Shown one piece after another: positions 57,536 through 64,000 of a stretch of 64,000 nucleotides of DNA. The stretch lies in the NCBI GenBank assembly GCA_050726055.1, contig JBOHIW010000013.1, positions 59,044-123,043 on the forward strand, read 5' to 3'. Source of the stretch: Phyllobacterium sp. GTDB lineage: Bacteria > Pseudomonadota > Alphaproteobacteria > Rhizobiales > Rhizobiaceae. The notes below the pieces were generated by a model, which was not told the origin of the DNA, did not search any database, and worked only from the letters and a program-made list of their open reading frames with translations. Made by a program: the position numbers and the translations under genes. How positions within the stretch are numbered: position 1 is the first letter of the stretch; each line of letters starts with the position of its first letter.

Positions 57536-58783
57536 ATGGTCCACGTGCAACGTGAGAGACTAAGGGTGGGGTTTGTTGGAACGGGCTTTATTGCCGAGTT
57601 CCATTTGCGCTCCATGATAGGCGTTCGCAATATCGACGTGGTTGGCGTCTACAGCCGCCAGGCGAAGAATCGCGAGCGTTTCTCGGCGCTTGCCACTGAG
57701 CTGGGATTGGGCGAATGCACGCCGCATGAGAGCCTTGAAAGCCTGCTGCGCGACGAGAATGTCGATGCTATCTGGATTTTGTCGCCGAATTATACGCGGG
57801 TTGACGTGATGCGGACGCTACACGCGGAAGTGAAATCAGGCGCCAGCAAGGTGTTTGCCGTGGCTTGCGAAAAACCGCTGGCCCGCACCATTGGCGAAGC
57901 GCGGGAAATGCTGCATCTGGCGCAGGATGCCGGGCTTAATCATGGCTATCTGGAAAATCAGGTTTTCAGCACGCCGGTTATTCGCGGCAAGGAAATCATC
58001 TGGAGGCGCGCGGCTTCCACCACCGGTCGGCCCTATCTGGCGCGTGCGGCGGAGGAACATTCAGGCCCGCATGAAGCGTGGTTCTGGCAGGGCGACAAGC
58101 AGGGCGGCGGCGTATTGTCCGACATGATGTGCCATAGCGTCGAGGTTTCCCGCCATCTGTTGACCGAACCCGGTGCGCCGCGCAATTCGCTTCGCGTGAA
58201 ATCGGTCAGCGGTACGGTGGCCAATCTCAAATGGACACGGCCCCGCTATGCCGACCAGCTTGCCAAACGGTTCGGTTCTGGCGTCGATTATCGCAATCAC
58301 CCGTCGGAGGATTTTGCCCGCGGCGTGATTGCCCTTGAAGATCAGGATGGCAACGAGTTGATGATCGAGGCAACGACCTCGTGGGCCTATGTCGGCGCGG
58401 CGCTGCGCATCCAGCTTGAACTGCTCGGGCCGGAATATGCGATGGAGTTCAACTCGCTGAACACGGGGCTCAAGATCTTCATGTCGCGTGAAGTGACGGG
58501 TTCTGAAGGCGAGGATCTTGTCGAGAAGCAGAATGCCGAGCAAGGGCTGATGCCGGTTCTGGAAGATGAGGCGGGCGTTTATGGCTATACGGACGAAAAC
58601 CGCCATATGACGGAGTGTTTCCGCAAGGGCGAAACGCCGCTCGAAACATTCGATGACGGTCTGGCGGTGGTCGAGATCATGATGGCGCTGTATCGTTCGG
58701 CGGAAATCAACGAAACGGTCTATTTCCCCGCACCTGAACTCGAAGACTACGTGCCGCCTGTCGCGAGACATAAATCGGCATAA
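57536..58783 (+). CDS. Gfo/Idh/MocA family oxidoreductase
   Basis: VGFVGTGFIA Rossmann motif, CEKPLA, GGGVLSDMMCH. Confidence 0.9.
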   Translation: MVHVQRERLRVGFVGTGFIAEFHLRSMIGVRNIDVVGVYSRQAKNRERFSALATELGLGECTPHESLESLLRDENVDAIWILSPNYTRVDVMRTLHAEVKSGASKVFAVACEKPLARTIGEAREMLHLAQDAGLNHGYLENQVFSTPVIRGKEIIWRRAASTTGRPYLARAAEEHSGPHEAWFWQGDKQGGGVLSDMMCHSVEVSRHLLTEPGAPRNSLRVKSVSGTVANLKWTRPRYADQLAKRFGSGVDYRNHPSEDFARGVIALEDQDGNELMIEATTSWAYVGAALRIQLELLGPEYAMEFNSLNTGLKIFMSREVTGSEGEDLVEKQNAEQGLMPVLEDEAGVYGYTDENRHMTECFRKGETPLETFDDGLAVVEIMMALYRSAEINETVYFPAPELEDYVPPVARHKSA

Positions 58784-58802
58784 CGCAATTCCGCCGGGTG
58801 CG

Positions 58803-58830
58803 AAAAACGCCGCCTCGGGGCGGCGTTTTT
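58803..58830. terminator. Bidirectional intrinsic terminator
   Basis: AAAAACGCCGCC-TCGG-GGCGGCGTTTTT between convergent genes. Confidence 0.85.
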
Positions 58831-58845
58831 CTTTTGAAGCCAGAG

Positions 58846-60837
58846 TCAGACAGCGATCTTGCCGCCACCATGTTTGGTGATGACGACGACCGACGGGCGT
58901 ACCGGCATATCGTCCTTGAAGTCCGGCCAACGGGTCGACAGGTCTTCGTAATAGGACGGGCGGCCATGGCCATCCCAGTCGTCGCCGCCGTCGCCCGGAT
59001 GCTGAACGGCGACGAAGGCCGTTTCGTCATCAGGCGTGAAGAGCGGGCCGCACATTTCCCCGCCGACCGGCACGCGGAAGAACAGCTTCGATGTCGCGCG
59101 CGCTTCGCCTTCCGTATCGACGGCCCAGAGACCGTCGGTGCGGCCGGTCGCCTTGTTGCTGTTGCCGTCGGTCGAAACCCACAGGCGGCCAGCGGTATCG
59201 ATGGCGCAATTGTCCGGCATGCCGAACCAGCCGTTCTTCGTGGTATCGGTCGAGAAGGACGCGCCGACTTCGGCCAATGAGGGATCGCCGCATTTCAGCA
59301 GGATTTCCCAGTTGCCGCTGGTGGCGGCGAAATCGCCGTCGTTTTCGGCAATCTCGATGATATGGCCGAAAGCGTTGGCTGCGCGCGGATTGGCCGCGTC
59401 GGCCTGATCGTCCTTGCGCTTTGTATTGTTGGTCAGCATCACATAGACCTTGCCATTGACGGGGTTCGGCTGGACATCTTCCGGCCGGTCCATCTTGGTC
59501 GCACCGAGAAGATCACCCGCGCGGCGCGTCTCGATCAACACATCGGCCTGGCTTGCAAAGCCGTTTTCTGCCGTCAGCGGGCCTTCACCATGCACGAGCG
59601 GAAGCCATTGCATGGTTCCGTCGGCATCGAACCTGGCGACGTAGAGCGTGCCCTCGTCCAGCAGATCCATGTTTGCGGCGCGATCATCCGCGTTGAATTT
59701 TCCGGCGGTCACGAATTTGTAGACATAGTCGAACCGTTCGTCGTCGCCGAGATAGAAGACGACGCGGCCATCCCTGGCGACGATGGATTCCGCCCCTTCA
59801 TGCTTCGTGCGGCCAAGGGCCGTGCGCTTCTTCGGCGTCGAGGTTGGGTCCATCACGTCCACTTCGACGATCCAGCCAAAGCGGTTCGGCTCGTTTGGCT
59901 CTTTGGACAGATCGTAGCGGTCGTAGAAATTGGCCCATTCATAGCCATTCTCCGGCACGCCATAGCGCTCGTAGTTCGCAGCTTCCTTGTGCCCCTCCGA
60001 AAGGACGCCGGAGAAATAGCCGTGGAAATTTTCTTCCGCCATGACGTAGGTGCCCCATGGGGTCACACCGCCCGCGCAATTGTTGAGCGTGCCTATGACC
60101 CTCGTTCCGGTGGTGTCGGCAACGGTCTTGACGCGTTCGTGACCGGCGACAGGACCGGAAAGCTGCATTTCCGTGGTCGCCGTGATGCGGCGGTTATATT
60201 TGCCTTCGGGAACGACCTGCCACTTGCCGTCAACTTTCCTGATCTCGACGATCGTGCCGCCATGAGCGGCGAGTTCGACATCGACCTGCTCCTTCGTCAG
60301 CGGAGCTTGCGTGATCTTGCCCTCCTTGATCGTGACAAGGCCGGGGAACATCAGGTGCGGGTTGGTATATTCATGGTTGACGACCAGCAGGCCGTGTTCG
60401 GACGAGCCGTCCAGCGGAATGAACCCGACATAGTCGTTATTGTAGCCGAACTGCCTGCTCTGCGCTTCGGCCGTCTGCTTCGTCGGGTCGAAAGCCGGTG
60501 CATCCGGGAAAATGGCATCGCCCCAGCGCAGCAGGATATCGGCGTCATAGCCTTCCGCCACATGATGCGTGGCGTCCACGCCCGCTTCAACTTCCGTGAA
60601 ATTGAAGGCGGTGCCGCTGGCGGCCTTGGCCTTTTCCGCAGTCAGCAGGGCGAGGGGGCTTACCGTTGCCGCAATCGCCGAAACGGCCAGCGAGCCGCGC
60701 AGAAAACCGCGGCGGGAAAACCGCGTGCTGATGATCTCGCCCATGGTCGGATTGGCGCTGGTGTTGTGGCCTTCGCCGTCAGCTTCCTCGAGCTGGCTGG
60801 TCGGGAAGATATCCTTCTGGGAAATATGGTCGTTCAT
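58846..60837 (-). CDS. phoX: PhoX alkaline phosphatase (Tat-exported)
   Basis: SRRGFLRGS Tat motif, FGYNNDY, NHEY, NCAGG.TPWGTY..AEEN, ALGR.KHE, MDRPED, PDN, GEMCGP, AVQHPG. Confidence 0.93.
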   Translation of the reverse strand: MNDHISQKDIFPTSQLEEADGEGHNTSANPTMGEIISTRFSRRGFLRGSLAVSAIAATVSPLALLTAEKAKAASGTAFNFTEVEAGVDATHHVAEGYDADILLRWGDAIFPDAPAFDPTKQTAEAQSRQFGYNNDYVGFIPLDGSSEHGLLVVNHEYTNPHLMFPGLVTIKEGKITQAPLTKEQVDVELAAHGGTIVEIRKVDGKWQVVPEGKYNRRITATTEMQLSGPVAGHERVKTVADTTGTRVIGTLNNCAGGVTPWGTYVMAEENFHGYFSGVLSEGHKEAANYERYGVPENGYEWANFYDRYDLSKEPNEPNRFGWIVEVDVMDPTSTPKKRTALGRTKHEGAESIVARDGRVVFYLGDDERFDYVYKFVTAGKFNADDRAANMDLLDEGTLYVARFDADGTMQWLPLVHGEGPLTAENGFASQADVLIETRRAGDLLGATKMDRPEDVQPNPVNGKVYVMLTNNTKRKDDQADAANPRAANAFGHIIEIAENDGDFAATSGNWEILLKCGDPSLAEVGASFSTDTTKNGWFGMPDNCAIDTAGRLWVSTDGNSNKATGRTDGLWAVDTEGEARATSKLFFRVPVGGEMCGPLFTPDDETAFVAVQHPGDGGDDWDGHGRPSYYEDLSTRWPDFKDDMPVRPSVVVITKHGGGKIAV

Positions 60838-60900
60838 CTGCACATCCATTACTTGATTGAAACTCTCTAGTTTAGAGATTTTCCAAGGTAGAATGGGTTG

Positions 60901-60929
60901 ATGACACTGGCATGAAAGCCTGTTGAAAT
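60901..60929 (-). promoter_or_regulatory. Pho box (2-3 half-sites) upstream of phoX
   Basis: Minus strand ATTTCAA-CAGG-CTTTCAT-GCCA-GTGTCAT, 11-bp periodicity matching CTGTCAT-N4 repeats, 64 bp upstream of ATG 60837. Confidence 0.7.
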
Positions 60930-60932
60930 CTT

Positions 60933-62177
60933 TCAGCCGTTGAAGCGCTTCGCGCTGTACGGCGCTGGATCGATGAAGGGCTTTTCGCCGGTCATCATCT
61001 CGGACAACAGACGACCCGAGGCGGGGCCGAGCGTCAACCCATGATGGGCATGGCCGAAATTGAACCAGAGATGATCGTGGTTCGGGGCCTTTCCGATGAC
61101 CGGCTTCATGTCGGGCAGGCATGGACGGCGGCCGAGCCACGGGTGCGGATCAAGCCGCTTGCCGAGCGGCAGCCACGTCCGGGCGTGTTTTTCGGCGCGC
61201 TGGAGCTGAATGCTGTTGGCGGGCGCATCGACAGGCGCAAACTCGATGCCGGTGGTCAGGCGGATGCCGCGCTTCATCGGGGCCAGCACATAGCCGTTTT
61301 CGACATCGACGATGGAATGGGTGAGCGTGTTCCGCTCATTCATCTCGTAGTGCATGTGATAGCCGCGTTTGATGGCAAGCGGAATCCGATAGCCCAGACG
61401 TTCGTAGATCAGGGGAGATTGCGGCCCCAGCGCAACAACGATATCCGTTGCCGAAACGACGCCGGCATCCGTCTGCACGGTCCATGCGTGTGCCTCGCGC
61501 AGGAAAGAACCGGCATCGCCTTTGAGAAAATGGCCGCCTCTTCGCTGAAACAGGGCAGCATAGGCTTTCACCAGATCGCCGGGGCTTGTTACCGTTTTCG
61601 GGTCGAGCCAGTGAATGCCGCCAATCGCGTTTCCGGAGAGATTGGGCTCGATAGCGTGAAGCCCGGCGGAATCCAGAACATTGAACTGCAATCCGAACCT
61701 TTCAAGCTCCTTCAGGCTGCCTATGGATTTTTCATGGGCCGCGGGCGAATGATAAGCCTCGATCCATCCGTTTTCGCGGATCAGATCCTGGCATCCGGCC
61801 TGTTCGACAAGAAAATCATGCTCGCGCACACTTGCCTCGACCAGCGGCAACATGGCCTGTGTCGCCCGCGCCAGACGCTTTGGCGACGATTCCAGCCAGT
61901 AGCGGAAAAGCCATGGCGCCGCCCTGGGCAGGAACGAAAAATCGTAACGCACATCGGTTGACCGGTTGAGCGCATATTTCGCAAGCGCCGACAGGGCTCG
62001 TGGAAACGAGTAAGGAATGACGCTGGAACGTTCGATGAGCCCGGCATTGCCGAAGCTCGTTCCTTCACCCGGCTCGCCCCTGTCGATCAGGCAGACGGTC
62101 CGCCCCCGCGCCTGAAGGTGCAGGGCGGTCGAAACGCCGACAATGCCGGCTCCAAGAACGATGACATCTGTATGCAT
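60933..62177 (-). CDS. FAD-dependent D-amino acid oxidase/dehydrogenase, AmaD (D-lysine oxidase)-like
   Basis: VLGAGIVGVSTALHLQARG, TS.GNAGLIERSSVIPY, GGIHWLDPKTV, AIKRGYHMHY, WLGRRPCLPDM, NFGHAHHGLTLGP. Confidence 0.85.
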   Translation of the reverse strand: MHTDVIVLGAGIVGVSTALHLQARGRTVCLIDRGEPGEGTSFGNAGLIERSSVIPYSFPRALSALAKYALNRSTDVRYDFSFLPRAAPWLFRYWLESSPKRLARATQAMLPLVEASVREHDFLVEQAGCQDLIRENGWIEAYHSPAAHEKSIGSLKELERFGLQFNVLDSAGLHAIEPNLSGNAIGGIHWLDPKTVTSPGDLVKAYAALFQRRGGHFLKGDAGSFLREAHAWTVQTDAGVVSATDIVVALGPQSPLIYERLGYRIPLAIKRGYHMHYEMNERNTLTHSIVDVENGYVLAPMKRGIRLTTGIEFAPVDAPANSIQLQRAEKHARTWLPLGKRLDPHPWLGRRPCLPDMKPVIGKAPNHDHLWFNFGHAHHGLTLGPASGRLLSEMMTGEKPFIDPAPYSAKRFNG

Positions 62178-62261
62178 GAGGTGATCCATCGGAAGACTGG
62201 GTGCTGAAATGCAGTGTGCCGCAGGAGATGCGGCACACTCTTTTGATCACACGGATGATGA

Positions 62262-63023
62262 TCAATAAATATCGAAGCTGAAATATTCCCGCATGATTTT
62301 CTCATAGGTGCCGTTGGCGCGGATTGCGGCAATGGCCTTGTTGAAATTTTCACGAAGCTCGTTGTCTTCCAGCCGAACGGCGATGGCGGTGTCGGATTCC
62401 GTACCGGCAATGTCACCCAGCAACTTGCAGCAATCGGCGCCATCCGCCTTGAGCCAGTCCATCATCGGGAACTTGTCGGAAACCAGTGCGTCGAGACGGC
62501 CATTCTTGAGGTCGAGATTGGCCTCGTCCTGGGTTGGATAGAGCTTGGCGTCAGCTCCGGCCTTGGCGTAGGTGTCTTCGGTGTAATAGCCCTGCGTCGT
62601 GCCGGATTGCGCGCCGACGACCTTGCCGTCCATTGCGGAAGCCTCGGTGCTGGTGAGCGCGCTGTCTTTTGGAACCGCAACAGAAAGGCGAGACGAATAA
62701 TAGCGGTCGGTGAAGGCGACCTGCTTCTTGCGCTCGTCGGTCACGGTCATCGATGCGACAACGGCGTCATATTTCTTCGCCTGCAAGCCGGTGATGATGC
62801 CATCCCAGTCCTGTGCGACGATCGTGCACTTGGCTTTCATCTCTTCGCAAAGGGCCTTGGCGATATCGACGTCAAAACCTTTAAGCGTTCCGTCGGGCGC
62901 AACCAGATTGAATGGGGGATAGGCGCCTTCGGTGGCAATGCGGATCTCCGTCTGTTCCTGCGCGAAGGCAGGAGCGGACAGGACCATCAGGGTGCTGGCG
63001 AGAAGGAGTGCGGTTTTTTTCAT
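62262..63023 (-). CDS. Polar amino acid ABC substrate-binding protein (ArgT/HisJ-like), orphan
   Basis: Signal peptide, ATEGAYPPFN, GFDVD, WDGII.GL..KKYD, SMTVTDERK; no permease or ATPase genes adjacent. Confidence 0.92.
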   Translation of the reverse strand: MKKTALLLASTLMVLSAPAFAQEQTEIRIATEGAYPPFNLVAPDGTLKGFDVDIAKALCEEMKAKCTIVAQDWDGIITGLQAKKYDAVVASMTVTDERKKQVAFTDRYYSSRLSVAVPKDSALTSTEASAMDGKVVGAQSGTTQGYYTEDTYAKAGADAKLYPTQDEANLDLKNGRLDALVSDKFPMMDWLKADGADCCKLLGDIAGTESDTAIAVRLEDNELRENFNKAIAAIRANGTYEKIMREYFSFDIY

Positions 63024-63493
63024 TTTCTGTTCCTCTGGTGGGTTCGGTTTCAGGTTTTCATTCGGGAGGACATCGTATGCCCGACGAAATCATTGTAAAG
63101 TGCAGCTGTTTTGTTCAGCCGATCCTCGACCTCGGGTCCGAGCGCATTAAAACGGCGTTCACAAGCAGATGCATGAGTGTCATTATTCCGACTGGCGCTG
63201 AAATATGGAGAGCGAGACTGTGCGAAAGCTCGGTCGACCTGTCGCATGCCCGACATCAGTACCGGCGCTTTCCTCACGTTTTCGCCCTCCCCCCAATGCC
63301 ACGGCCATCTCCTGCCGGGCAGTAAGCCATATTCATATCACCATGCCAAGATTTGACAATTTTCTATCAGCGATATTCGACAGCGAAGGGTATGGTTTCT
63401 GGGGCAAGTGATAGTTGGCGGGAACAGGCAAAACCAATCGCAAATTCAGATGCTTATCCGAAGAGTAGCGGGCTGTTTTACGTTTTGGGATAA

Positions 63494-63510
63494 ATGGTAG
63501 CGGAAGACCG
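63494..63510 (-). repeat. Degenerate duplicate of the tRNA-Met 3' end
   Basis: ATGGTAGCGGAAGACCG vs ATGGTAGCGGAGGACGG (63551-63567): 15/17 identical, 57 bp apart. Confidence 0.6.
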
Positions 63511-63551
63511 TCTTGGTCGTAGCGCACACAACGTACCAGTGGGAGGGACGA

Positions 63552-63628
63552 TGGTAGCGGAGGACGGATTCGAACCGCCGACACAAGGATTATGATTCCT
63601 CTGCTCTAACCTACTGAGCTACTCCGCC
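63552..63628 (-). tRNA. tRNA-Met (CAT), elongator type
   Basis: GGCGGAGTAGCTCAGTAGGTTAGAGCAGAGGAATCATAATCCTTGTGTCGGCGGTTCGAATCCGTCCTCCGCTACCA; 77 nt, encoded CCA, paired G1-C72 acceptor. Confidence 0.95.
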
Positions 63629-63695
63629 GCCGGGCCATGTCGCCTTGAATCCGAAAATTCGGATCGGGCAGCGATATCGTTGGCAAGCGGGGCGG

Positions 63696-63725
63696 ATATA
63701 GGGTGAGTGACAACGCTGTGTCAAG
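63696..63725 (-). promoter_or_regulatory. sigma70 promoter of tRNA-Met
   Basis: Minus strand CTTGAC-N18-CTATAT, matching the rhizobial RpoD consensus hexamers. Confidence 0.75.
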
Positions 63726-63802
63726 CGATCTTCGTCATCTTCCTGGGTTGTTTTCATATTCTTGCGCGATTATGAAATCCGCGAGAGTAAAGGCTGATTA
63801 TC

Positions 63803-64000
63803 ATGGCACCGAGAATTGCAGTACTGGGTTGCGGCTACTGGGGCAGCAACCATATCCGAACATTGAAGAGCCTTGGTGCTCTTCACGCTGTTTCCGACGC
63901 GAACAGCGATCGCGCGGCCGGTTTCGCCGCCGAACACGGCGTGCAGCATATCGAGGTTGACGATCTGTTCACGCATCCTGACGTGGATGCCATTGTGATG
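63803..64000 (+). CDS. Gfo/Idh/MocA oxidoreductase, GnnA/WlbA-like (5' part only, runs off the window)
   Basis: MAPRIAVLGCGYWGSNHIRTL...DVDAIVM; 66 codons, open to the window end; not in the ORF track. Confidence 0.75.
   Translation, partial: MAPRIAVLGCGYWGSNHIRTLKSLGALHAVSDANSDRAAGFAAEHGVQHIEVDDLFTHPDVDAIVM

Noticed and set aside
63077-63325. 82-codon ORF with a GGAGG before ATG 63077
   Set aside because: It starts only 54 bp from the divergent SBP gene, has no recognisable motif and shows non-coding-like composition. It cannot be supported without conservation data.
63552-63628. tRNA as initiator fMet or Ile2(CAU)
   Set aside because: Position 1-72 is paired and there is no GGG/CCC anticodon stem (not fMet). 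The acceptor reads GGCG rather than the C4-G69 Ile2 pattern.

Overview
GC-rich chromosomal window from an alphaproteobacterium of the Hyphomicrobiales/Rhizobiales (taxonomy inferred from gene content and promoter style). It is mostly metabolic and transport operons; I see no integrase, transposase, prophage or CRISPR array. In order: structured speF-type leader RNA + ornithine decarboxylase + GNAT; dmeRF Co/Ni efflux; ring-cleaving dioxygenase + esterase; gnd; an RpiR-linked gamma-glutamylation amine (probably ethanolamine) catabolic operon; a PotABCD-like ABC transporter; emrAB/emrR; zur + aztABC-like Zn uptake; terC, DUF924, kefC; a complete L-rhamnose locus; pgm; a PfkB kinase; three glycosyltransferases including a WaaZ/LpcB-like Kdo transferase; a three-gene signalling operon; a sugar ABC/LacI/Gfo-Idh-MocA operon; phoX; an AmaD-like D-amino acid oxidase + amino-acid SBP; tRNA-Met; and the 5' end of a GnnA-like oxidoreductase. 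The best candidate for an undescribed system is 47741-51464. A PruR-like periplasmic pterin-binding protein is translationally coupled to a PAS histidine kinase and a REC-PAS-LuxR response regulator, suggesting pterin sensing wired to transcription rather than to c-di-GMP. All family assignments come from motif recognition and recall, not database searches. Start codons are my best estimates.
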